Shown here piece after piece: positions 18,447 through 28,706 of a stretch of 64,000 nt of DNA. The stretch comes from Acidimicrobiia bacterium. GTDB taxonomy: Bacteria; Actinomycetota; Acidimicrobiia; Spongiisociales; ZC4RG35. The stretch is taken from contig PKRG02000006.1 of assembly GCA_017577575.2 (NCBI GenBank), positions 1,243 through 65,242 of the forward strand. The letters are read 5' to 3'. The position numbers were made by a program, and so were the translations under genes. The notes beneath the pieces were generated by a model. That model saw only the letters and a program-made list of their open reading frames with translations, searched no databases and had not been told where the DNA came from. Every line of letters begins with the position of its first letter. Position 1 is the stretch's first letter.

Positions 18447-18686
18447 ATGGATCGCGCCGAGGTTGCGGAGCGTCTTAAGGAAGTGCTGGTGTCGGAGCTC
18501 GGCTTGGACGCCGACAAGATCACCGACGACGCCTCGTTCGAGGAGGACCTCGAAGTCGACTCGCTCGGTGTAGTAGAGCTGCTCATGGCGCTCGAAGACG
18601 AGTTCGGTGTGAAGATCCCCGACGAAGAGGCCGAGAACATCCACACGGTCGGCCAGGCCGTCGATCTGGTCCACTCCAAGCTCTGA
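18447..18686 (+). CDS. acpP: Acyl carrier protein
   Basis: 79 aa with LEVDSLGVVELLMALEDEFG (phosphopantetheine Ser). AGGAACAGGAG SD lies upstream. Confidence 0.95.
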   Translation: MDRAEVAERLKEVLVSELGLDADKITDDASFEEDLEVDSLGVVELLMALEDEFGVKIPDEEAENIHTVGQAVDLVHSKL

Positions 18687-18688
18687 TC

Positions 18689-19915
<1,227 letters not shown>

Positions 19916-19939
<24 letters not shown>

Positions 19940-20239
19940 GCGCTGCGGCTGCTGCCCGGCGGCGTCCGAGCGCTCCTGCAGCTCCCGCCACTCGGCGATG
20001 GAGCGGAACACCAGGACCAGCACCACGGCCATGCCGATGCCGACGACGAGGAACGACAGGATGGCCACCGTCACGGTCCACGCCAGGTTCGACCCGCCCA
20101 CCTCGCACAAGGTGACCAGCGTGCCGCCGACCTCGCCGTAGCGGCACGACAGGGCGGCGACGGTCCCGCCCAGCCAGGCGGCGACGGCCGCGGCGATGAG
20201 CGACGGCACGACGATCCACGGGTTGGGCCGGCGTTTCAC
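19916..20239 (-). CDS. Small membrane protein (107 aa), function unknown
   Basis: GTG at 20239 overlaps the upstream gene's stop (GTGA). Two strong TM spans. The 3' end overlaps the convergent fabF by 24 nt. The upstream part of track ORF 19916..21046 is rejected as out-of-frame overlap. Confidence 0.5.
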
Positions 20240-20976
20240 AGCGGCCGCCCCCGGTCGTCGATCTCGGCCGCGTCGAGCACCTCCCGGGGAGCGAGCTCGG
20301 GCGGTATCGGCACCCGCGAGCCCGACTCGACCAGCGGGTGGACCGAGTTGCGGACGCTCGAATGCCAGGCGAGGGTGCCGACGGCGATGCCGGCGAACAC
20401 GGCCACCGTCGTCGCCGGAAAGCCCATCGGATAGGCCAGGCCGATGGCGAGGAGCGGCCACACGATGCGGACCGCGAGCAGAGCCCCGGGGAGTGTCCGC
20501 ACGAACCAGAAGCACGTCACGAGGGCGGACAGCCCCACGATCAGCGCCGGCGTGTCCGCCCCCTTGGTCACCCCGAATGCGAAGGGGACACCGAGGAGCA
20601 GGAGGGCTATCAGCACTACCCGTTCGGGCGGCCCCGACGCCGACGGCCGGCCCCGCACGATCCCGTCCAGCCACGGCCCGGCGACACTCACTGCGGTGAA
20701 GGCGGTGGCCGCCAGCGCCGTCGCCCACACCGCGCCGGGTGGGGTCGCCACCGCCAGCACGCCCTGGGCGGCGGCCACCGCCAGCCCCAACCGGCGGGCC
20801 CAGCGAGCCCGCGCCACCAGCATGCCGGTGAGGGAGACGACCGTCGACACCCACATCGAGACGGCCATCAGCACCACCGAGACGCCCGAGTAGCCCTCGG
20901 CGCCGATCGCCAGCTGGACCGTCCAGGCCGCCGTGGAGACCAGCAGCGCCAGCGAGACGAACGTGAGGCGCCTCAT
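20236..20976 (-). CDS. Polytopic membrane protein, function unknown
   Basis: About 7 hydrophobic spans. ATG at 20976 (MRRLTFVSLALL) overlaps the histidine-phosphatase stop (ATGA). Confidence 0.6.
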   Translation of the reverse strand: MRRLTFVSLALLVSTAAWTVQLAIGAEGYSGVSVVLMAVSMWVSTVVSLTGMLVARARWARRLGLAVAAAQGVLAVATPPGAVWATALAATAFTAVSVAGPWLDGIVRGRPSASGPPERVVLIALLLLGVPFAFGVTKGADTPALIVGLSALVTCFWFVRTLPGALLAVRIVWPLLAIGLAYPMGFPATTVAVFAGIAVGTLAWHSSVRNSVHPLVESGSRVPIPPELAPREVLDAAEIDDRGRPL

Positions 20977-21575
20977 TCCGTCTCCGGCACCCATACCGCC
21001 TCCACGGTCCACGGTGCGCCCGGCCGCAGCGTCGTGACGGCGCCATGTCCCGGCTCGTCGTCCCAGAAGTCGGTCAGCTCCCCGCCGGTGAGATGGAGCA
21101 CGGCTGCCCGGATCGGGGCGGAGTGGGAGAAGGCCACGATGTCCCCGTGGGGGTGGGACTCGTGGAGGCGCCGCACCACGTCGGCGACGCGGCGGGCGAG
21201 ATCGGAGAGCGACTCGGGCGAGAAGTCGAGACGGGTCGGGTCCCGGAGGAACGCCTCCAATTCACCGGGGAACTTCTTGGGGATGTCCTCCCAGGAGATT
21301 CCCGCCCAGCGGCTCATCAGCTGCCACTCCGCCAGGCCCTGGTCGATCCGAACCGGGAGGCCCACCCGTTGGGCGAGCGGCTCGGCGGTGCGCAGCGCCC
21401 GCTCCAGCGGCGACGACCACACGCCGACGATGGGCTGGCGGCCGAGATAACGCGCCACCGCCCGCGCCTGGGCCTCGCCCCTCTCGGACAGGGTGAAGCC
21501 GGGCAGGGAGGCGTAGACCAGGTGGTCGGGGTTGTGGACCTCGCCGTGTCGGACGAGGTGAACGCGGGCCGCCAT
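20973..21575 (-). CDS. Histidine phosphatase (phosphoglycerate mutase) family protein
   Basis: MAARVHLVRHGEVHN (RHG catalytic motif), SERGEAQA, and SSPLERALRTA. ATG at 21575 is preferred to the longer track ORF. Confidence 0.8.
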   Translation of the reverse strand: MAARVHLVRHGEVHNPDHLVYASLPGFTLSERGEAQARAVARYLGRQPIVGVWSSPLERALRTAEPLAQRVGLPVRIDQGLAEWQLMSRWAGISWEDIPKKFPGELEAFLRDPTRLDFSPESLSDLARRVADVVRRLHESHPHGDIVAFSHSAPIRAAVLHLTGGELTDFWDDEPGHGAVTTLRPGAPWTVEAVWVPETE

Positions 21576-21728
21576 CGATCCGCGAGGGTAGTGAGTCGGC
21601 CCCCCAAGCCGGAAGCCGGGGATCCGGCGCAAAATCGTGCGTCCCGGCCATGTCGCATTGCGTCCCGTGTTCGTATACTGGGCGCCAAGACGGGGTCGCA
21701 GGGGACCCCCATCGCGAGGACGAGAAGG

Positions 21729-22064
21729 ATGCCGCTCGACGATCGAGAGCAACGGATTCTGGCGGAGATCGAAAGGCAGTTCTACGAGGACGATCCCGAC
21801 CTCGTTCAGGCCGTCAAGAACATCGACCGGTCACGCGGAATCGGCATCCGTCTCCCGCTGGTGGGGCTCATCGGTGGGCTCGCCATTGTCGTGGCGTTCT
21901 TCACCAGCCAGACCCTCGTCGCCCTGGCCGGATTCACCTTGATGGTGGTCTCGGCCACCGCGCTCGCCCACGAAATCCATCGGCGCGGTTGGTCACTCGG
22001 TGACCCCGAGTCCGGTTCGGAGGACCGTTCGATCTGGCCCAGGAGGCCCTTCGGACGTCGCTGA
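21729..22064 (+). CDS. DUF3040 family membrane protein
   Basis: MPLDDREQRILAEIERQFYEDDPDL followed by two TM spans. This is the classic DUF3040 layout found near actinobacterial dcw clusters. Confidence 0.75.
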   Translation: MPLDDREQRILAEIERQFYEDDPDLVQAVKNIDRSRGIGIRLPLVGLIGGLAIVVAFFTSQTLVALAGFTLMVVSATALAHEIHRRGWSLGDPESGSEDRSIWPRRPFGRR

Positions 22065-22117
22065 ACCGGGTCGGCTAGAGTGACCGATCCTTCCGTCGTC
22101 TCGAGGCGGAAGCAGGT

Positions 22118-22666
22118 GTGAGGAAGCAATCGCCGGTCAGTTCCTCGCCGGCGCAGGAGACGTTGGGAGAAGCATTGTCGGAACAGGCATTCACTGCCGA
22201 CCAGGCATCCAGGTTGACAGGCTGCACGCCACATCAGTTGAGGTACTGGGACCGGGTCGGGTTGGTGAAGCCGTCGATCCAGGGCACCGGGGGACGACCC
22301 GGTGTGCGGCGTCTCTACTCCTTTCGGGATCTCGTCGCCCTCCGGGTCGTGAAAGGGCTTCTCGACAACGGGATGTCGCTGCAGCGGGTGCGCCGCGCCT
22401 GGGACTACCTGCGGCGTCACGCCGACTTCGACGACCACCTCGCCTCGGTGAAGCTGGTCACCGACGGCAAGTCGATCTTCAGCGTGGCCAGCAACGACGG
22501 CGAGCTGCTCGACGCCCTCCGCAACGGCCAGCTGGCGTTCTTCGTCGCCATCGACGAGATCGCCCGCGACGTCGAAGAGGACGTAACCCGTTTCGAGCTC
22601 GACCGGGAACAGTTCCTCGAGGTGTTGCGCCGGGTCGAAGACGACGTCCGCGAAGAGGCGCAGTGA
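22118..22666 (+). CDS. MerR family transcriptional regulator
   Basis: The HTH block FTADQASRLTGCTPHQLRYWDRVGLVKPS...YSFRDLVALRVVKGL matches the MerR N-terminal domain pattern. Confidence 0.75.
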   Translation: MRKQSPVSSSPAQETLGEALSEQAFTADQASRLTGCTPHQLRYWDRVGLVKPSIQGTGGRPGVRRLYSFRDLVALRVVKGLLDNGMSLQRVRRAWDYLRRHADFDDHLASVKLVTDGKSIFSVASNDGELLDALRNGQLAFFVAIDEIARDVEEDVTRFELDREQFLEVLRRVEDDVREEAQ

Positions 22667-22675
22667 GGCGGTCCG

Positions 22676-24946
22676 TCAGCGCCGGAGCGACCTGAGCGAG
22701 AACACCGCCCGGGTCCGCTCGGATCGCTCGAACGCCTCGTCCAGCCACTGCCCGGCGGCGTAGAGGTACTCGTCCACGTCGTCGGGCTGGCGGCCGCCAT
22801 AGACGGCCGTCGAGTACGCCTCGGCCAGCGGCACCAGCTCCGGGGCCGTGGAGGTGGCGTACTCGATCGGTGTCTGGTTCGGTGACGGGCCGTGCCCCAG
22901 GTCGGTGAGGCGGTCGACGATCTCGTCCCACACCGCGGCGATGTCGCCCTGGCGGGCTCGGCGCAGGCGCCGGCTCGTGCGCCACGCCTTGATCCCCGGC
23001 AGCGCCGCCACCGCCACCAGCACCGCCACCATCGCGGCCAGCACGGGCGTCTGCACCCCGCCGGCCCCGCCGGCCCCTCTCTCGCGGAGATCCACTCCCA
23101 CCGTCCCCGGGTCCTGGACGAAGTCGGGGACGTTCCCCCCGAGGTCGGCCTCGCCGATGCGGACTTCCTCGGACAGCCGGTCGAAGTCGATCCCCACCGT
23201 CCGGGCCAGGGGAGTGGTCGCCCCGTCCGAACGCGGCGTCGGGTCGAAGCCGACCCAGCCCTGGCCGTCCAGCCACACCTCCACCCAGGCGTGGGCGTTG
23301 CGCTCCCTGACGATCGTGAGCGGGCCGTCGGGGGTGTCCACCACCTCGCCGCCCGTGAACCCGATCACGACCCGGGTGGGCAGCGACACCACCCGTCCCA
23401 TCACCGCCATCGCCGCCGCGAACTGCTCGCAGTAGCCGGTGCGGTAGTTGGGGCTCTCGGGGTCGGTCAGCCAGGCCGCCAGGTCGAGGGCGGAGTGGCC
23501 GGTTGAGACGTCGGTGCTGTAGTTGAACGTGTGGAAGAACTCCTCCAGCAGCAGCGCCCGCTCGAACGGCGACTGCGCTCCTGCCGTCACCTCGGCCGCC
23601 AGCTGGGTGATGGCCGGGTCGAGGGGAGGCAGCGCCAGGTACGAGTCGATCTCCGCGGGCCGGGTAGGCGGCTCCACGTCGGCCGGCTCCACGTCGAGGA
23701 TCCCCTCCTCGACGGCTTCGGCGAAGAGGGGCGTGAGCTCGCCGCCGGCCGAGGCCAAAACGTCGAGGTCGAGGACGGGGACGGTCGATTCGACCCGGTA
23801 GGAGAGGCCGCTGAAGGTGATGGCGTTGACCCGCAGGCTCCCGTCGGCCGCCATGTCGGTCCCCGAGCGGATCACCGAGTGCGTCCCGGCGACGCTCTGG
23901 GGGAGATAGAGGGAGGGCAGGCGATCGTCGCGGAGCGACTCGATGCGGACCGTCTGGACCACCGTCCGGGTCTCGGCGGTCGGCACGTCGATGTCCCGGC
24001 CCGGAGCGGAGAAGGACTGCTCGCGGGCCACCCACTCCTGGCCCGTGTACTGGTCCAGCGTGAGCAGCCGCCAATAACCCGCCGTCCCCTCGGGACGCTC
24101 CGGCTCCACCGTGGCCACGAAAACGGGGTCGTCGGAGAGGGAGACGAGGCTCTGGCGGAGGCCCACGAACCGGCTGGCGGCGAAGCCTCCGCCGGCCCCG
24201 AGCCCTTCCCCGCCGGGCGCCCGCCACTCGAGGGCCCCGCCCTCGGGGACGAAGCCTCCGAAGACCAGCACGCCGACGACCCCGGCTACCGCCGCCACCG
24301 AGGCGATCCGCCCTGCCGGGGCCGGCTCCCAGCGGGGAAGCGCCCGCTCGTCGGCGGCGCGGAGATGGCCGGCTCCCGCCGGTACCGCATTGGAGGTGGC
24401 GACCAGGCCCAGGGCGGCGAGCACCGCGAAGGCGACGTGCCATCCGAACGTCGACGGGTCCCGGTCGACCACGGCCAGGTACAGGTAGAAGCCGAGGGGC
24501 GCCGCGATCCCCGCCCAGGTCCGGCCGGAGGTCACCGACCACGCCCACACCGCGCCGATCGACCACAGGCCCACCGCCGCCAACGCCACCAGGCCGATCA
24601 CCGCCAGCACCGGCGGCGCCCCGAAGCGCACGATCTCGGCGGCGTAGGCCATCCGCTCGGCGAGGGCCGGCAACGTCTCCGACGTGGGCACGATGCCGAA
24701 CCGCAACGTGTCGGAGGCCGTGATTCGCAGCACCAGCACCGCCAGGGCGATGAGGTGGATGGCGACCTGGCGGTCGGGGCTCAACCGGGCCGTCGCCCAG
24801 GTGACCAGGATCCCGCCGAGGGCGGCGGCGGGGACGATCAGACGCCAATCCGGAGTGTCCGCCGCCGGCTCCAGCACCTGGGTCAGCCGGGCCAGGACCA
24901 GGAGGATGGCGGCGGCGCCTACGAGCCAGCCGAGGCGGCGTGCCAT
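22676..24946 (-). CDS. Transglutaminase-domain membrane protein (TgpA-like: N-terminal polytopic domain, TGase core, C-terminal TM/DUF4129-like)
   Basis: GYCEQFAAAMAVMGR (Cys), NAHAWVEVW (His), GFDPTP (Asp). At least 6 N-terminal TM spans. ATG at 24946 (MARRLGWLVG). The upstream part of track ORF 22676..26047 is an alternative frame of the DUF58 gene. Confidence 0.85.
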   Translation of the reverse strand: MARRLGWLVGAAAILLVLARLTQVLEPAADTPDWRLIVPAAALGGILVTWATARLSPDRQVAIHLIALAVLVLRITASDTLRFGIVPTSETLPALAERMAYAAEIVRFGAPPVLAVIGLVALAAVGLWSIGAVWAWSVTSGRTWAGIAAPLGFYLYLAVVDRDPSTFGWHVAFAVLAALGLVATSNAVPAGAGHLRAADERALPRWEPAPAGRIASVAAVAGVVGVLVFGGFVPEGGALEWRAPGGEGLGAGGGFAASRFVGLRQSLVSLSDDPVFVATVEPERPEGTAGYWRLLTLDQYTGQEWVAREQSFSAPGRDIDVPTAETRTVVQTVRIESLRDDRLPSLYLPQSVAGTHSVIRSGTDMAADGSLRVNAITFSGLSYRVESTVPVLDLDVLASAGGELTPLFAEAVEEGILDVEPADVEPPTRPAEIDSYLALPPLDPAITQLAAEVTAGAQSPFERALLLEEFFHTFNYSTDVSTGHSALDLAAWLTDPESPNYRTGYCEQFAAAMAVMGRVVSLPTRVVIGFTGGEVVDTPDGPLTIVRERNAHAWVEVWLDGQGWVGFDPTPRSDGATTPLARTVGIDFDRLSEEVRIGEADLGGNVPDFVQDPGTVGVDLRERGAGGAGGVQTPVLAAMVAVLVAVAALPGIKAWRTSRRLRRARQGDIAAVWDEIVDRLTDLGHGPSPNQTPIEYATSTAPELVPLAEAYSTAVYGGRQPDDVDEYLYAAGQWLDEAFERSERTRAVFSLRSLRR

Positions 24947-26103
24947 GTCGTCCTCATCGCCCGGTTCCAGGATCGTGCCCAGCTCCCGTTGTCGAATGTG
25001 ACGGTCGTCACACCCGCCCGCTGGAAGTCGCCGACCGACGAGCCGGAGCCGTTCTCGGCCACCAGCAGGGCGGCGGTGGGGTATTCGGGGGAGAGCACGC
25101 GGGCCAGCCCCAGCAGCGACGGGTCGGGGGCCCCGGTGGCCATCACGAGCATCCCGCCGCCGCCCTGGTAGCGCAGCCGCGACGCCGCCGCCGCCAGCTC
25201 CACGCCCGGCTGGGTGCGAACCCGGGCGAGACGCTCCATCGCCACCGCATATCCCGAGTCGCCACCCCCCACGGTGACCGTGGGGCCTCCCATCCACACC
25301 TGCGTCTCGAACCCGTGGTGCATCAGGTGGCGGATCACCGAGGCCGCCCCCGACACCGCGGCCTCGAACGCCGCCGGGTTCGAGTACGCCTCGGCCCGCA
25401 CGTCGAGCACCACGAGGGAGCGGGCCTGCCAGGGGATCTCGAGCTGGCGGATCATGAGGCGGTCGTGGCGAGCCGACGACGGCCAGTGGATGCGGCGCAG
25501 GTCGTCGCCTTGCTGGTACTCCCGCAACGTGTAGAAGTCCTCTCCGCCCCGCTGGCTGTGCTCGGGGCGCCGCGCCTTGACGGCCATGTTCCGGCCCAGC
25601 ACATCGGGGAGGCCGACCAGGTCCTCGACCGCCGGGTACACGACCAGCGTGTCGACGCGGCCTGCCCGGGTCGACACGGACGCCAGGCCGAGTGGGTCGG
25701 ACACGGTGAGCGCGGTGGGGCCGATCCGGTAGACGCCCCGCGGCCGGCACAGCACCCGATACGTCGCCTTGTAAGTGGCCCGGCGAGGGAGGCTGGCGGT
25801 GGCGAACTCGGCCGTGCCGAGGCCCGCCACCTCGTCGGTGATCGTCAGCTGGCGGAGCGGCACGCCCTCGTTGGTGATGTGGAGCGTCACCGAGGCGTGG
25901 TCGCCGTCGTGGACCGCCGACGGGGAGGTCTGGCGCCGGATCTCCAGCCGGGGGCGGCCCCGGCGGATCCAGACGAGGGCGGCGACGACGGCGGTGAGCA
26001 AGAGCAGCGCCGCCACGCCCAGCTCCGGCTCGCCGAAGAGGAACCACAGGAGCGCCAGTGCCGTGCCTGCCCCGGCCGTCGCCCAGCCGCGTTGGGTGAG
26101 CAT
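24919..26103 (-). CDS. DUF58 domain protein (MoxR-associated, VWA-like)
   Basis: N-terminal TM hairpin, then YQQGDDLRRIHWPSSARHDRLMIRQLE, the DUF58 signature. The start shares one base with the moxR stop (TGATG). Confidence 0.85.
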   Translation of the reverse strand: MLTQRGWATAGAGTALALLWFLFGEPELGVAALLLLTAVVAALVWIRRGRPRLEIRRQTSPSAVHDGDHASVTLHITNEGVPLRQLTITDEVAGLGTAEFATASLPRRATYKATYRVLCRPRGVYRIGPTALTVSDPLGLASVSTRAGRVDTLVVYPAVEDLVGLPDVLGRNMAVKARRPEHSQRGGEDFYTLREYQQGDDLRRIHWPSSARHDRLMIRQLEIPWQARSLVVLDVRAEAYSNPAAFEAAVSGAASVIRHLMHHGFETQVWMGGPTVTVGGGDSGYAVAMERLARVRTQPGVELAAAASRLRYQGGGGMLVMATGAPDPSLLGLARVLSPEYPTAALLVAENGSGSSVGDFQRAGVTTVTFDNGSWARSWNRAMRTTWHAASAGS

Positions 26104-27077
26104 CAGCTGGCGGTGGAGCGCGAGACGGTCCCGGGGACTTCGAGGTGGTCGAGGATCTCGGCGATCACCTGGGACATCTCCGATCCCCTGATCACGGCCT
26201 CGGGTCGAAGCGCCATCCGATGGGCCAGCACGGGGACCGCCAGCTGCTTGACGTCATCGGGGAGGACGAAGTCGCGGCCGGCCGCTGCCGCCCACACCCG
26301 GGAGAGCCGCAGCAGGAACAAGGCGGCGCGGGTCGACGCCCCCAGAAGGATGTCGGGATGGCTGCGAGTGGCTTCGACGATGTCGATGATGTAGTGCTTG
26401 ACGGGCTCGGACACGCCGACGGTCTGGGCGACCTCGACCATCGCCAGCACGTCCTTGGCGGTCGCCACCGGCATCAGGTCCAGGTAGGTCGAGCGGACAC
26501 CGTGGGTGTCGAGGATCTCGAGCGTGGTGGCGTGCGACGGGTAGCCGAGCTCGACCCTCATCATGAACCGGTCGAGCTGCGCCTCCGGGAGCGGGTAGGT
26601 CCCTTCGTGCTCGAGCGGGTTCTGGGTGGCGATCACCATGAAGGGGGTCTCGAGGGGGCGGGTGACGCCGTCGTAGGTGACCTGGCGCTCCTCCATCGCC
26701 TCGAGCATCGCCGCCTGGGTCTTGGGGCTGGCGCGGTTGATCTCGTCGCCGATCACGATGTTCGAGAAGATCGGGCCCGGCTTGAAGGTGAACTCGCCCC
26801 GCTGGCGGTCCCACACCGACACCCCGGTGACGTCGGAGGGGAGGAGGTCGGGGGTGAACTGGATCCGGGAGGACTCGCATTCGATGGAGCGGGCGAGCGA
26901 CTTGGCGAGGAGCGTCTTGCCCACCCCCGGCACGTCCTCGACGATCACGTGCCCCTCGGCGAGGAGGCAAGCCAGCACCAGGTCGATCACCGTGCGCTTG
27001 CCTTGGATGACGCGTTCGACGTTCGACGCGATCTCGTGGAAACGCCGGGAGAACCAGTCGATTTCGGCGCCGGACAA
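26103..27077 (-). CDS. moxR: MoxR-family AAA+ ATPase
   Basis: LAEGHVIVEDVPGVGKTLLAKSLA (Walker A), IVIGDEINRASPKTQAAMLEAMEE (Walker B/sensor). 324 aa. TTG start. Confidence 0.9.
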   Translation of the reverse strand: MSGAEIDWFSRRFHEIASNVERVIQGKRTVIDLVLACLLAEGHVIVEDVPGVGKTLLAKSLARSIECESSRIQFTPDLLPSDVTGVSVWDRQRGEFTFKPGPIFSNIVIGDEINRASPKTQAAMLEAMEERQVTYDGVTRPLETPFMVIATQNPLEHEGTYPLPEAQLDRFMMRVELGYPSHATTLEILDTHGVRSTYLDLMPVATAKDVLAMVEVAQTVGVSEPVKHYIIDIVEATRSHPDILLGASTRAALFLLRLSRVWAAAAGRDFVLPDDVKQLAVPVLAHRMALRPEAVIRGSEMSQVIAEILDHLEVPGTVSRSTAS

Positions 27078-27183
27078 ACCTCACTCCCGATAGGACGAAC
27101 GTCCCTCGACTTTACCGTCGACAGATCGCAATCCGGGGGTAGGGTGATGGTCCTCGGGGGTGGCTGCATGAAAGGAGGCGCAG

Positions 27184-27408
27184 GTGAAATGGGTCGAGCT
27201 GGCCGCGCGTCCTCTGCTGCTGGCGGAGGCGGCGCGAACGGCGTGGGCGTTCCGTGCCCGCCGGGGAATCCTCCCTTCACGGACTCTGCTCCGGTGGCGG
27301 ATCGCCACGGCCTACGGCTCTCCTGACGCACCGGTGCAAACCGAAGACCTCGTCCGGTTCCTCGAGTGGCGGCGGCAGTTCCGCGCCGCCCGGCGGAGGG
27401 CCAGATGA
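27184..27408 (+). CDS. Small basic protein (74 aa), function unknown
   Basis: AAAGGAGG SD lies 6 nt upstream of GTG 27184. The stop overlaps the next start (ATGA). Arg/Trp-rich, with no motif I recognise. Confidence 0.55.
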   Translation: MKWVELAARPLLLAEAARTAWAFRARRGILPSRTLLRWRIATAYGSPDAPVQTEDLVRFLEWRRQFRAARRRAR

Positions 27409-28115
27409 ACGGCTTCAAGTCCCGCCTCGAGTCCGTCCCCGGGGTGGAGAGCATCGAGCTCGAGCTCGGCGACGAGGGACTGGAGGCGATCACGGTCCGC
27501 CTCGCCGACGACGCCGACGAGCTCACGGTCCTCGAAGGTGTCCGCCGCCTGCTCGTCGCCTACGGCACCCGCTCGCCCCGGGTGCTGGCCACCGCCGCCG
27601 GTGTGACCACTTCGTCGTCCGCCACGGCGAACGGCTCGTCCGCCCGGACGGCGCCTCGCCACCAGGTCCTCGACGTCGACCAGTCGCCTTCCGAGATCGT
27701 CTCGGCCCCGGCGCCGATGAGGGTCGTGTCGTCGGGGGCCACCTCGGCGGCGCTCATGACCGCGGCGGGGGAGAGGGTGGAGCTGAGCGTGACCCCGGCG
27801 GGTGACTCGGCGGTCGCCAAGGTGGTCCTCACCAAGGGGGCTCGCATGGCCACCCGGCAGGTGCCGAGCTCGGCGCGGGCGATCGTGCAGGCCGTGCTCG
27901 ACATGGCCGCCGAGACCTCCGGGCGGGAGCCGCTGAGCGTCATCGGCCTCAACCTGTCGGCGATCGAAGGCGTCCGCGTCCTAACGGTCATCGCCGGCAA
28001 CGAGGGGACCACGCCGCGGGTGTCGACCGTGAGCGTGGTGGAGAAGAACTGGCCGGCGGCGCTCCTGGAAGTGGCGTCGCAGATGCTCGAAGAACGTCCT
28101 CAGAAGCGCCGATAG
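27405..28115 (+). CDS. Hypothetical protein (236 aa): N-terminal ferredoxin-like/HMA-like module, Ser/Thr/Ala linker, C-terminal beta-rich region
   Basis: ATG at 27405 is coupled to the upstream ORF. The N-terminus is LESVPGVESIELELGDEGLEAITVRL. No catalytic motif recognised. Confidence 0.6.
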   Translation: MNGFKSRLESVPGVESIELELGDEGLEAITVRLADDADELTVLEGVRRLLVAYGTRSPRVLATAAGVTTSSSATANGSSARTAPRHQVLDVDQSPSEIVSAPAPMRVVSSGATSAALMTAAGERVELSVTPAGDSAVAKVVLTKGARMATRQVPSSARAIVQAVLDMAAETSGREPLSVIGLNLSAIEGVRVLTVIAGNEGTTPRVSTVSVVEKNWPAALLEVASQMLEERPQKRR

Positions 28116-28152
28116 GCGGTAGTCTGCGGCTACCGACGAAGATAGGTAGCCG

Positions 28153-28653
28153 ATGGCCAGGGCGCTAGTCCTCAACGCCACCTACGAGCCGCTGTCGGTC
28201 GTACCGAGTCGACGGGCAGTGGTCCTCGTGATGCGTGGCCGAGCAGTCTCGGTCGTCGAGCGCGACATCAGCTGGTCGTCGGAGAAGACCACCATCACCG
28301 TGCCGTCGGTGGTCCGCCTCACCTACTACGTCAAGGTCCCGTACCGCCACAGCGTGCCCGTCACCCGCCGCGCCGTGTTCGGCCGCGACGGATACACCTG
28401 CCAGTACTGCGGGGGCCAGGCCGAGAGCATCGACCACGTCCTGCCCCGCTCCCGCGGCGGCGAGCACACCTGGGAGAACGTGGTGGCGTGCTGCCGTGCC
28501 TGCAACATGCGCAAAGGAGACCGCCTGCCCCACGAAGCGGGCCTCGTCCTCCAGGCCAAGCCCCAGCCGCCCCGCAACTACGCCTGGATCTACGCCTCGG
28601 CCGGCTACTCGCTCGACCCGGCCTGGCAGCCGTACCTGAAAGCCGCCGGCTGA
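28153..28653 (+). CDS. HNH endonuclease family protein
   Basis: CQYCGGQAESIDHVLPRSRGGEHTWENVVACCRACNMRKGD, a complete HNH/zinc-finger motif. 166 aa. Confidence 0.85.
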   Translation: MARALVLNATYEPLSVVPSRRAVVLVMRGRAVSVVERDISWSSEKTTITVPSVVRLTYYVKVPYRHSVPVTRRAVFGRDGYTCQYCGGQAESIDHVLPRSRGGEHTWENVVACCRACNMRKGDRLPHEAGLVLQAKPQPPRNYAWIYASAGYSLDPAWQPYLKAAG

Positions 28654-28706
28654 CCGATTCCCCCCCTCTCCTGAGCCCTGATTCGACGCGTCCGCCGCGG
28701 GCGCGG

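Noticed and set aside
22676-26047. A single 1123-aa protein spanning the transglutaminase and DUF58 genes.
   Set aside because: Upstream of the internal ATG at 24946, the translation is Arg/Pro/Gly-rich junk that overlaps the well-supported DUF58 frame (24919..26103). Only the C-terminal 756 aa carry TM and TGase motifs.
28111-28149. A recurring GATAGG...GGTAG motif near start codons: 28111-28122, 28141-28149, and 56829-56840 before the HExxH gene.
   Set aside because: These are short (6+5 nt) degenerate matches. By rough composition-based expectation, a hexamer like GATAGG should occur many times in 64 kb on both strands. The apparent association with start codons rests on two genes only.
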